Source: Candidatus Wolframiiraptor sinensis
Lineage (GTDB): Archaea; Thermoproteota; Nitrososphaeria_A; Caldarchaeales; Wolframiiraptoraceae
Direction: 5' to 3'
DNA: 64,000 nt
NCBI GenBank assembly: GCA_023261815.1
Contig: JALNKA010000001.1
Coordinates: forward strand, 30,258 to 94,257
Part shown: piece by piece, positions 18,971 through 28,161 of the stretch
Numbering within the stretch: position 1 is the first letter of the stretch
Layout: each line of letters starts with the position of its first letter
Made by a program: the position numbers and the translations under genes
The notes under the pieces: model-generated
Seen by the model: only the letters and a program-made list of their open reading frames with translations
Told to the model about the DNA's origin: nothing
Databases searched by the model: none

Positions 18971-20002
18971 TTAGCTTTCCCTGAAAACGTTGACGTATTC
19001 GAAGAGCTCCTCGGGAACGTATCTGGTCTGTCCGACAACTTCCTCGAGTTTAACCGGAACAATCTCGGTTCCCCTGAGGACGACGGCGTAGCCGAACTTC
19101 CTCTCCTTTACCAAGTCAACCGCCTTGTAGCCGAGCCTCACCCCAAGAACCCTATCAAAAGCATTCGGAGAACCGCCCCTCTGAATGTATCCTAGAATCG
19201 TCGATCTAACCTCTCTCCCGGTCCTTCTCTTAATCTCCTCCTCCAGGAACTTGGCTATTCCGCCGAGCCTCGCGTGGCCGAACTCATCCTTCTCGGCGGC
19301 CGCGATCGCCAACTCGCCGGTCTCAGGAATCTTAACACCCTCAGCTACAGCTATCAAGGTATAGCCCTCGCCCCTCTCATCCCTTTCCTTAATGATCCTG
19401 CAGACTTCATCTATGTCGAGGGGTTTCTCGGGTATCAGTATTACATGCGCGCCTCCGGCGAGCCCGCCCATGAGTGTGAGCCAGCCCGCATACCTGCCCA
19501 TGATCTCCGCTATGATCACCCGCTTATGGGACTTGGCGGTCGTATGAAGTTTCTCCAGCGCGTCTGCGATGGTTTCGACGGCGGTCCAGAAGCCTATCGA
19601 GTAATCCGTCGCCGAGAGATCATTGTCTATGGTCTTTGGCACGCCGACTACCGGGAGACCCCGCTGATAAAGCTTGAGAGCAGCCCCTAAAGTATCATCG
19701 CCGCCAATCGCTAGCAAGGCATCGATTCCGAGCTTTTTCACATTCTCCATAACCTTCTTCATATCTTCCTCGGACTTCGCCGGATTCTTCCTCGAGGATC
19801 CCAGAATTGTGCCGCCGACAAAATGTATCCCCTTCACATCCTCCTTCTTCAGCGGCCTAGCCCTTCCCTCAATTAACCCCTTATAGCCATCCTCAATCCC
19901 CCAGACCTCGAACCCGTAATAAGCTGCTCTGAGAACTATTGACTGAATAACGGAGTTAAGCCCGGGGCAATCTCCTCCACCAGTCAGAACGCCTACCTTC
20001 AA
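18971..20002 (-). CDS. pfp: 6-phosphofructokinase, PFK-A family, with PPi-dependent-type discriminator residues
   Basis: LTGGGDCPGLN. GGDDT (Asp instead of Gly) and PKTIDND (Lys instead of Gly) at the two positions that separate PPi- from ATP-dependent PFK-A enzymes. Confidence 0.8.
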   Translation of the reverse strand: MKVGVLTGGGDCPGLNSVIQSIVLRAAYYGFEVWGIEDGYKGLIEGRARPLKKEDVKGIHFVGGTILGSSRKNPAKSEEDMKKVMENVKKLGIDALLAIGGDDTLGAALKLYQRGLPVVGVPKTIDNDLSATDYSIGFWTAVETIADALEKLHTTAKSHKRVIIAEIMGRYAGWLTLMGGLAGGAHVILIPEKPLDIDEVCRIIKERDERGEGYTLIAVAEGVKIPETGELAIAAAEKDEFGHARLGGIAKFLEEEIKRRTGREVRSTILGYIQRGGSPNAFDRVLGVRLGYKAVDLVKERKFGYAVVLRGTEIVPVKLEEVVGQTRYVPEELFEYVNVFRES

Positions 20003-20247
20003 AAAAACCTCCCCAATCCTAAAATTCGATAGATGTGACTATATATACGTTAAGCTTTTATAATCCTAAGACTTCCATATTGGCTCGTAATGTATCAGAC
20101 AAGTAACTAAGGGGTTATAATTGCATGAGTGCATGTTAAAGTATTAAAGTCCTTGTAGACGAGCTTTATTATACTTGACGTTTATATATAACCTTATCCA
20201 AGAAGATTTGAGGGGGCTGATTATTAGCTGGCGTAAGGGTTATTGGG

Positions 20248-21334
20248 TTGCGCAAGAAATTTGACAAAACTGTTGCTGTGGATAATGTTAGCTTTGAGGT
20301 GAAAGATGGCGAGTTCGTGATTTTGCTGGGCCCATCGGGTTGCGGGAAGACGACGACTCTCAGATGCATCGCGGGGCTTGAGACCCCTGATGAAGGTGAG
20401 ATATACATCGGGGATAAGCTTGTGAAGGATCTTCCTCCGAAGGATAGAGATGTGACCATGGTATTCCAGAGCTACGCCCTCTACCCGCACATGAGCGTGT
20501 ACGATAACCTGGCTTTCCCGCTTAAAATGAGAAAGTATCCGAAGGATGAAATAGATAAGCGGGTTAGGGAGGTTGACAGGCTCCTCAGGATCGAAGATCT
20601 ATTGGATAGGAGACCGCGGCAGCTCAGCGGCGGCCAGCAGCAGCGAGTAGCACTGGGAAGAGCTCTCGTGAGGAATCCTCAGGTATAATCCTCAGGTATG
20701 GTTGATGGATGAGCCTCTCAGTAACTTGGATGCCAAGCTGAGAGTCTATATGAGGGCCGAGCTCAAGAAGCTCCAGAAAGATCTGGGGATCACCACGATA
20801 TACGTGACGCATGATCAGGCTGAGGCGATGGCCATGGGAGATAGGATCGCCGTAATGGATAAGGGGAAGATACTCCAGTACGATGAGCCTCATGCGGTCT
20901 ACGACAACCCCGCGAACATATTCGTTGCAGGATTCCTTGGAAGCCCACCAATGAACTTCATTGATGCAACGGTTATCGAGAGGGACGCACGGATGGTGCT
21001 TGATGCCGGAATATTCCAGTATCAGTTACCGGATGATCTGGCAAAGCTTCTGAGGGAAAGGCTGACGGGAGATAAGGTCGTGATAGGATTTAGGCCGGAG
21101 CACATGATATTATCAATCGAGAGGACGCCGGAATCCGTGTTCCAGGCCGATGTATACGTGGTTGAGCCCATGGGCTCTAGCTACGTCGTTGACTTGAAAG
21201 CGGGAGACTACCTTCTCAAGGCAATCTCGCCAATAACCGTAAAGCTTCCACCGATCGGGGAGAAAGTCTGGGTAGGATTCCCACCCGAGAAGATGCATCT
21301 CTTCGACGCGAAGACCGAGAAGACCGTATTCTGA
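20248..21334 (+). pseudogene. MalK/UgpC-like sugar ABC transporter ATPase, disrupted by a 13-bp tandem duplication
   Basis: ORFs 20248..20688 (Walker [18 protein letters not shown]) and 20702..21334 (MDEPLSNLDAKLR, C-terminal MalK-type regulatory/OB domain). Removing one copy of AATCCTCAGGTAT gives a continuous ...LVRNPQVWLMDEPLSNLDA... Confidence 0.85.
20674..20699. repeat. Perfect 13-bp tandem direct duplication (AATCCTCAGGTAT x2) inside the ABC ATPase gene
   Basis: Copies at 20674-20686 and 20687-20699. The duplication junction creates TAA 20686-20688 between the ABC signature motif and Walker B. Confidence 0.95.
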
Positions 21335-21431
21335 GGTATTAAATTACCTCATACTTTTATCCTTTCTAACTTCGGTTGCGGCGAGCAAACAGCTATTATT
21401 AGCTTTTATATTAGCTTTTAAATGCTACATA

Positions 21432-22163
21432 ATGAGCTTGAGCCGTAATGCCTCCTACATCCCTCCCCCAAAAATAGTCCCATCAATCCTCTCCGCCGAT
21501 TTCAGGAGGCTTGAAGAGGAGGTGAGGGAAGCTGAGAAAGCTGGAGCGGATATGCTGCACTTCGATATAATGGATGGGCGCTTTGTCCCCAACATAAGCT
21601 TCGGCCCAATGGTGATAAGCGCTCTAAGACGCGTGTCAAGCCTACCCTTTATCGCGCACCTAATGGTCGAGAAGCCTGAAAGCTTCATCGATCCTGTAAT
21701 CAGCGCGGGCGGAGATCTTATAATATTCCACGTGGAGGCGTGCCCTCACCCATTTCGGCTAATTGATTCCATCAAGGATAGGGGCGTTAAGGTTGGCGTG
21801 GCATTAAACCCCGCGACGCCTCTCTCCGCCATAAAATACGTTGTGAAGCGCGTGGACATGATTTTGTTGATGACCGTGGAGCCCGGATTCGGGGGCCAGG
21901 AATTCATCCCCGAGATAATGGAGAAGATTAGGAAGCTGAGAAGAATCATGGCTATGGCCGAGTTGCGGAAAGATATAGCCGTTGATGGTGGGGTGGATTT
22001 CGCGAATGCCTCCTCCATAATACGCGCCGGTGCGAATGTGCTCATCGCTGGGACGAGCATCTTCGGCCAGAGTAGCATTGAAGAATCCATTAAAAAGTTG
22101 AAGAGAATCGCTTTGGAGACCTATAATGAGCTCTGCAAATCGGGTTCTAATCAGCGGTCATGA
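21432..22163 (+). CDS. rpe: Ribulose-phosphate 3-epimerase
   Basis: PSILSADF, HFDIMDGRFVPNISFGP, MTVEPGFGGQ. Confidence 0.9.
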   Translation: MSLSRNASYIPPPKIVPSILSADFRRLEEEVREAEKAGADMLHFDIMDGRFVPNISFGPMVISALRRVSSLPFIAHLMVEKPESFIDPVISAGGDLIIFHVEACPHPFRLIDSIKDRGVKVGVALNPATPLSAIKYVVKRVDMILLMTVEPGFGGQEFIPEIMEKIRKLRRIMAMAELRKDIAVDGGVDFANASSIIRAGANVLIAGTSIFGQSSIEESIKKLKRIALETYNELCKSGSNQRS

Positions 22164-22220
22164 CCCTCTCTCCAAATAAATAGCATCACTAAAAATTTAT
22201 TTAAGCCACGCCTTACAAAG

Positions 22221-23631
22221 ATGCTTTTGATGAAGGTTGTTAAGCTCGGCTTTGTTCCGCTTCATAGATATCCTTTTGACGAGAAGTGTGGTGTCGAGGT
22301 AAGGAGGCGGGTTATAGAAAGCGTCTCGAAGATTCCGGGTATCCAGCTTATCTATCCCGGCGAGGATCTGACTAATCTAGGCCTCGTTTTGGAATGATGA
22401 GGATGCTGAGAAAGTGATAGACCTCTTCAAGCGCGAGAAAGTTGATGGATTACTCTTAGGCACCATGACTTTCGGGGACGAGCTCGCTGGAGCCAGAGTG
22501 GCTGAGGAGTTTAAGGGCTTCCCAATCGCGGTCTTCGGGACGAAGGAGCCCGAACTGCTTCCGGGAGGCTTCAGGAGATCGGACTCATTTTGCGGGACCC
22601 TATCCCTAGCATCCGGCCTTTATCGAAGAGAGATACCTTTCACATTTCTAGGACTATTCTTTCCAGAAGAGGATGCTTTCAGGAGGAGGGTGGAGAGCTT
22701 CGCTAGGACTGTCGCGATAATGAACAGGTTTATAGGGGCTAGGATAGGATTGATAGGTCCGAGACCCGAGAGATTTGAGACCGTCACTTTTAATGAGGCG
22801 GAGATGGTTAGGAGGTTTAAGCAGAGGGTTATTCACGAGCCGCTTCTGTCAGTTGTTGAGGAAGCGAGAGCGCTGAGCGACAATGATCCCGAGGTAAGAA
22901 GAATAGTTGAGGAGATGAAGCTCATGATAGATGTTTCTCAGGTCTCAGCCGAAGCCTTGCTCAAGATGGCGAAGCTCGAGCTGATTTTAAGGAGATTGGC
23001 CGAGAAGAAGAGGCTCTCGGCAATGGGCATCAGATGCTGGACGGAGATTCAGAGATATTATGGAATAAGCCCGTGCTTCGTAATGGGTAGGCTCACGCAA
23101 TCCGGCATACCGTGCTCGTGCGAGGTCGACATATATGGCGCGCTGACGATGCTAATGCAGTATGAGGCATCCTTGGAAACCGTTCCGCCCCACTTCATAG
23201 ACTGGACCATACAGCATCCCAAGGACCCGAACGTTTTCCTGGCATGGCATTGTGGAAATGCTCCCCCGAGCCTAGTATGCCCCGGGTGCACGGCAGCCTT
23301 AAGATATCATAGTATAATATACAGGGATGTTGGGGTTGAGAGATCTTACGGGACTGCGGAGTTTAGGCTCAAGCCGGGGCCAGCAACGATCTGCAGGCTT
23401 GTCGAGTATCGGGGAGAGTTCAAGATGCTCATAACTCGTGGAGAAGTCCTCGAAGAAGAGGCGGAGTTCAGGGGGAGCTGGGCCTGGGTGAGAGTGAAGG
23501 ATCTCGAAAAGCTTTATAGAACTCTCGTCGAGGAGGGCTTCGTCCATCACGCGAGCCTGATCCATGGAGACTACGTCGAGCCGATAGCCGAGGCCTGCAG
23601 ACTGCTCAACATAAGAACCGTGATCGTGTAG
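22221..23631 (+). pseudogene. L-fucose/L-arabinose isomerase-family sugar isomerase with a +1 insertion in a T4 run
   Basis: N-terminal 58 codons (ATG 22221, MLLMKVVKLGFVPLHRYPFDE...TNLGLV) stop at TGA 22395-22397. The rest (track ORF 22414..23631) is open from 22381 in the -1 frame. Deleting one T of TTTT 22387-22390 gives ...GLVWNDEDAEKVIDLFKREKVDGLLLG... Confidence 0.75.
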
Positions 23632-23751
23632 CTTGAGAGCCTACATAACACCCTCCCCATTTTTATCACGTACGAGCGGTACGCTCGGGTTGTAGCGGCC
23701 CTGTATGGAGCGATTTATTACGTGCTTCTTAGATGATATTACGCGGGGAGT

Positions 23752-25065
23752 ATGAGAATTTACAGGGCGGCTTGGGCGGCCTGCTTAGCTGCTCTCTTAG
23801 CCGCGCTCATCATGGCATCATGTGCTCAAGGCTTCTCGGCAGTCGAGAATGACTTAGAGTATAGGCTCGACTACCCGGTCGAGATCAAGACAGGCACCTG
23901 CTCGGCGATAAACTTTTGGATGAAGGTCTCGAAAACTCTAACCGACGTTACGGTCTCGCTTTCCGTGTTCTATCATCGGGACTCGAGGGTTGATACGCTA
24001 TACAGTGAAGCGATCTTGAGTGAGAGCACGCTGGCCGCGGGCTCGACGAGGTCGAAATCCATATCGATCTGCGTTCCGAGAGGAGTTCCGGCAGACCCAT
24101 ACCTAAGAGCCAAGATTCAGTTCTATTACAATGGGAGCGAGAAGCTTTCACAAGAATGGTATATGTCGATCGTGAGAGATGAAACTTACGATGAACTCAG
24201 GAGTGAGGTGAATAAGTTAAGAGGCACAGTATCCAGCTTAGAAAATGAGCTCAAGAAAAGAGATGAGAAGCTCAGTCAGCTCCAAGACGATTATAATACC
24301 CTGCTCGCCAGCTACATATCCCTCAAGGAGTCCTACCGGAAATTGAAGGAGGATCTCGCGAAACTGGAGGATGATTACCGGAATCTGCAGAAAGATTACT
24401 CGAGTTTGCAGAATAGCTACGAGTCTTTGAGGGACAGGCATCAATCAACTCTGCTGAACCTTGAGAGGATTAATGCGCTTTACGAGTCGCTCTCAAGGCA
24501 GTTCGAGAGCTTGGAGGAGAAGTACAGGTCCTTGCTCACGGATTACAAGTCCACATTAGCCGAGCTCCGAACCTACAAAAGCATGTACGAGGACCTCAAG
24601 TTAAGGCACGATGATCTCAGATCCAGGCATGATGCGCTGATCGCCGAAGCGGCCCAGTTAAGGCAGAGGCTCGCGGAGCTGGAGAGCGACTACAGCTACC
24701 TCAACAGGATTTATGAGGCGACGCTCGGCGAAAGCTCGCTAACAAAGAACATCCTCTTCGCTCAGACTGCGGCGGTCGCGACGGGCCTAGGAATCTATGC
24801 TGTGCTATCGAGAAGGATCGCCAGGAAGCCTAGAACGCCGGAAACGGCTGAGGAGGGTAATGGTGAGAAGAAGGTGCAGAAGATACTATCCGGGAGGAGG
24901 ATTACTATACCCAGCGAGGCGGCTGCAAAGCTGGGGCTCAAGGAAGGCGACTTAGTAGAGGTGGATTATGGTAATGGCTCAATAATCATAAGGCCTGCCG
25001 ATAGGGAGAAGCCCAAGCAGAAGCCAGAAGAATCGGAAAAGGCAGAGAATAACAGCGGTGCGTGA
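23752..25065 (+). CDS. Bitopic membrane protein: signal peptide, beta-rich ectodomain, about 190-aa coiled coil, TM helix, cytoplasmic AbrB/SpoVT-type domain
   Basis: MRIYRAAWAACLAALLAALIMASCAQG. Heptad-rich LQDDYNTLLASYISLKESYRKLKEDLAKLEDDYRNLQKDYSSLQNSYESL... TM ILFAQTAAVATGLGIYAVLS followed by RRIARKPR. C-terminus RRITIPSEAAAKLGLKEGDLVEVDYGNGSIIIRPA matches the AbrB/SpoVT looped-hinge-helix motif. Confidence 0.7.
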   Translation: MRIYRAAWAACLAALLAALIMASCAQGFSAVENDLEYRLDYPVEIKTGTCSAINFWMKVSKTLTDVTVSLSVFYHRDSRVDTLYSEAILSESTLAAGSTRSKSISICVPRGVPADPYLRAKIQFYYNGSEKLSQEWYMSIVRDETYDELRSEVNKLRGTVSSLENELKKRDEKLSQLQDDYNTLLASYISLKESYRKLKEDLAKLEDDYRNLQKDYSSLQNSYESLRDRHQSTLLNLERINALYESLSRQFESLEEKYRSLLTDYKSTLAELRTYKSMYEDLKLRHDDLRSRHDALIAEAAQLRQRLAELESDYSYLNRIYEATLGESSLTKNILFAQTAAVATGLGIYAVLSRRIARKPRTPETAEEGNGEKKVQKILSGRRITIPSEAAAKLGLKEGDLVEVDYGNGSIIIRPADREKPKQKPEESEKAENNSGA

Positions 25066-25154
25066 TAATTGGCGTGGCGCGACCGGAGTAGCGGAGGCGG
25101 CTTCCAGTAAGCTTAGCTCAACCCCCCTCAGCATAAATAATGATTTTTCGCGTG

Positions 25155-26147
25155 CTAACTCATGCCTATGCGCGGGCAATATGGATCAGGCCCATCAAAA
25201 GTTCCATATGCGAGATATGATCTCGCATAGCATCCGCCCATGCATATCTCCACCAGCTTGCAGGACTTGCACGGCTCCCTAAGCCTCGGGCTCATTACCT
25301 TCTTTACCTCACGGCTTTTCAAATACTCGCTGAGAGCATTCCTAAACCCCTTCTTCACGTTGCTGAGTCTTATGTCGAGGATGTCGCAGAGGAGCAGGTT
25401 TCCGGCGGGATCTATGTCTAAAACCTTGCACCTTCTACAATCCGACCATGTTGAGATGAACTTAGGATCTATCACGAGCTTGCCTGGGACATAGCACCAG
25501 ACGGCAATCCAGTACCCGAGATTTTTCGCGGCAGATTCGGCGGCTCTCAAGGCTGAGATCAGCTGATCAGGGCTTGGGGCGATATCTGGGCCTGCCCTGC
25601 CAACGGGCATCGTCGGAATCATGCACGCGCAATCAGCCCCGGATTTCTCGGCGAGCTCCGTGTATCCAGCAGCATCCATGTAGTTCAGCTTATTTACCGC
25701 CATGACGGTCGAGAGCTCGAGCCCAGTTCTCCTAGCGATCTCCAGCCCCCTCAAGAGCCTATCCCAGCTTCCCGGCCCCCTTATCAGCTCATATGTTCTC
25801 CTGCAGGCTCCATCCAAGCTCACAAACAGGTGGACATCATGCTTGCCGATAATCCTGGCCTTCTCCTCATCCAGCAGCTGCGCATTCGTGTTGATGCTGC
25901 ACTCGATGCCATGTTCCCGTATTCTCTCGAGACAGGGCTCGAGATCCCTATTGATAAGCGGCTCGCCTCCGGTTATCCCAATATAGGATACACCGCACTC
26001 GGCGAGCTCGTCTATGAGCTTGAGCTTCTCTCCGAGCGGCAGCTCCTTAACCTCAATAAATCTGCTAGCATAGCAGTGTACGCACTTCAGATTGCATGTT
26101 CCATTCATTATCCATATAACAGCTTGTGGGATTATATCATTACTCAA
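25155..26147 (-). CDS. Radical SAM protein with C-terminal SPASM-type auxiliary cluster domain
   Basis: CNLKCVHCYA (CxxxCxxC), GGEPL, and the C-terminal Cys cluster CKSCKLVEICMGGCYARS...YCP. Confidence 0.8.
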   Translation of the reverse strand: MSNDIIPQAVIWIMNGTCNLKCVHCYASRFIEVKELPLGEKLKLIDELAECGVSYIGITGGEPLINRDLEPCLERIREHGIECSINTNAQLLDEEKARIIGKHDVHLFVSLDGACRRTYELIRGPGSWDRLLRGLEIARRTGLELSTVMAVNKLNYMDAAGYTELAEKSGADCACMIPTMPVGRAGPDIAPSPDQLISALRAAESAAKNLGYWIAVWCYVPGKLVIDPKFISTWSDCRRCKVLDIDPAGNLLLCDILDIRLSNVKKGFRNALSEYLKSREVKKVMSPRLREPCKSCKLVEICMGGCYARSYLAYGTFDGPDPYCPRIGMS

Positions 26148-26261
26148 GATCCCACCGCTAGCGCGTGGAGACGGAGATTCTGACGACCTTATTCGTCTAG
26201 GATTATTTATACTTAAAGCATGAGGGGCGATAAAAGCTATGGCTCACCTATTTAGCTAGAT

Positions 26262-27188
26262 TTGTTCAGGGATTTTCCCACATTGATGCGCGGAAATGCG
26301 GGAACGCGCGTGATAAAGCCGTTCGATCCTTGGAGAGGTAGGCTTTGTACTTGCCCGCGGAAGTTCTCCTTCGATCCTTATACAGGCTGCGAACATGGGT
26401 GCTTATATTGCTACGCGTCATTCTATATCAGGAGGTTTCATGAGTGCAGGCCTAAGAAGAATCTTCTAGAGCTTGTTGAAGGCGATGTTCTCCGCCTGCC
26501 CGAGAATGCTCTCATCTCGATGTCCAATAGCTCCGACCCATATCCTCCCATGGAATACGGGCTGGAGCTCACGAGGCGATGCTTAAATGAGTTTCGGAGG
26601 AGGAACTTGAGAATTCTGGTTATAACGAAAAGCGACCTCGTTCTCAGGGATCTAGATATCCTCAGAGCGCTTAGGTGCGCGGTGACATTGACGATAACTA
26701 CTCTTGATGATCAGCTTGCGGGCAGGCTTGAGCCCGGCGCGCCGCCACCCTCGAGGAGGCTACACGCCGTTGAGAGACTCAGCTCCGAGGGAATAAGGGT
26801 AGGTGTGAGGGTCGACCCGATAATCCCCTACATCAATGATGAGGGCATTGATGATCTTCTGAGGGAGGTGAGAGATGCCGGCGCGATCCACGTCACATCC
26901 AGCACGTTTAAGCCCAGGCCGGATTCGTGGGCCAGGATCGAGGCGGCATTCCCTGATGTCGCCGAGAAGCTGAGACCTCTCTACTTCGAGGAGGGCGAGC
27001 GGATCGCGAGAAGCCGTTACCTCCCAAAGCCCATGAGATTCAAGCTGATGAAGATGATCGCGGATGGGTGCCGGAAGCTCGGCCTAACATTCGCATGCTG
27101 CAGGGAGGGGTTTATCGAGCTCAACACGGGGGCTAGCTGTGATGGAAGCCACCTTATACCATCGAGGCCATACTCACCCGAGGATTGA
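26262..27188 (+). CDS. Radical SAM protein, SplB/COG1533-like (DNA repair photolyase-like family)
   Basis: FDPYTGCEHGCLYCYASFY motif. TTG start in the track; Met at 26286 is an alternative start. Confidence 0.7.
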   Translation: MFRDFPTLMRGNAGTRVIKPFDPWRGRLCTCPRKFSFDPYTGCEHGCLYCYASFYIRRFHECRPKKNLLELVEGDVLRLPENALISMSNSSDPYPPMEYGLELTRRCLNEFRRRNLRILVITKSDLVLRDLDILRALRCAVTLTITTLDDQLAGRLEPGAPPPSRRLHAVERLSSEGIRVGVRVDPIIPYINDEGIDDLLREVRDAGAIHVTSSTFKPRPDSWARIEAAFPDVAEKLRPLYFEEGERIARSRYLPKPMRFKLMKMIADGCRKLGLTFACCREGFIELNTGASCDGSHLIPSRPYSPED

Positions 27189-28109
27189 GAGTAGAACCGC
27201 CTTCGCCGTGTGAAGCCTATTCTCCGCCTGATCCCATACGGCTGATCTATCCCCATCTATTACCTCGGCTGATACCTCCTCGCCCCTCTTGGCCGGAAGC
27301 GGGTGCATGAAGATAGCGCTTGGCTTTGCGAGCTCCATGAGCCTCCCGGTAACCTGGTATCTTGGCAGGAAATCTCGCAGCCTCTTCTCCCTCTCGGCCT
27401 CCATGCCCATGCTCACGAAGACGTCGGTCATCAAGACATCAGCGCCCCTCGCAGCCCTCTCCGGGTCCTCGGTAACCTCGATCATTGAACCACTGACCTT
27501 CGCATTTTCCTGAGCCCACTCGAGGTATCTTCTATCGGGCTCATAACCTCTCGGGCATGCTATCGCGATGTGGGCGCCGAGCTTGGTCGCTCCTATCAGC
27601 GTCGAGTTGCAGACATTATTTCCATCGCCGATCCACGCTATCTTGATTCCCCTTATCTTGCCAAACCTCTCCCATATCGTGAGGAGATCCGCGAGCGTTT
27701 GGAGCGGGTGATCTAGGTCGGATAAGGCGTTCACGACCGGCTTATCGGCCCACTCCGCCAGCTCGGCGAGATCCGCGTGCCTCCTAACCCTGGCGGTTAT
27801 GAGATCCACATATCTTGACAGCACCCTAGCCGTATCGGCTATAGTCTCCCCCCTCCCAAGCTGCAGCTCATCGAATCTCAGATAGATCGGTTTTCCGCCG
27901 AGCTCGCTCACGGCGACATCGAGCGAGACCCTAGTCCTCGTCGAGGGCTTCTCGAATATCATGGCGATATTTCTGCCCGAGAGCCTTCCGGAGAAAAGCC
28001 TTCTATCGCGCTTGAGCTCCGCCGAGAGCTTTATGAGCCCCATTATCTCCTCAGATGTCAGATCTTGGAGTGTTAGAAGATCTCTCCCACGAAGAGATTC
28101 AACGATCAT
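27174..28109 (-). CDS. argF: Ornithine carbamoyltransferase
   Basis: FEKPSTRTRVS, HPLQ, DVFVSMG (ornithine-binding DxxxSMG), HPLPAKRGEE. Confidence 0.85.
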   Translation of the reverse strand: MIVESLRGRDLLTLQDLTSEEIMGLIKLSAELKRDRRLFSGRLSGRNIAMIFEKPSTRTRVSLDVAVSELGGKPIYLRFDELQLGRGETIADTARVLSRYVDLITARVRRHADLAELAEWADKPVVNALSDLDHPLQTLADLLTIWERFGKIRGIKIAWIGDGNNVCNSTLIGATKLGAHIAIACPRGYEPDRRYLEWAQENAKVSGSMIEVTEDPERAARGADVLMTDVFVSMGMEAEREKRLRDFLPRYQVTGRLMELAKPSAIFMHPLPAKRGEEVSAEVIDGDRSAVWDQAENRLHTAKAVLLSILG

Positions 28110-28161
28110 CTCAATCGCAGATTAGCCAGCTAATATATCTCACGCTCGCCGAGAATAAGCA

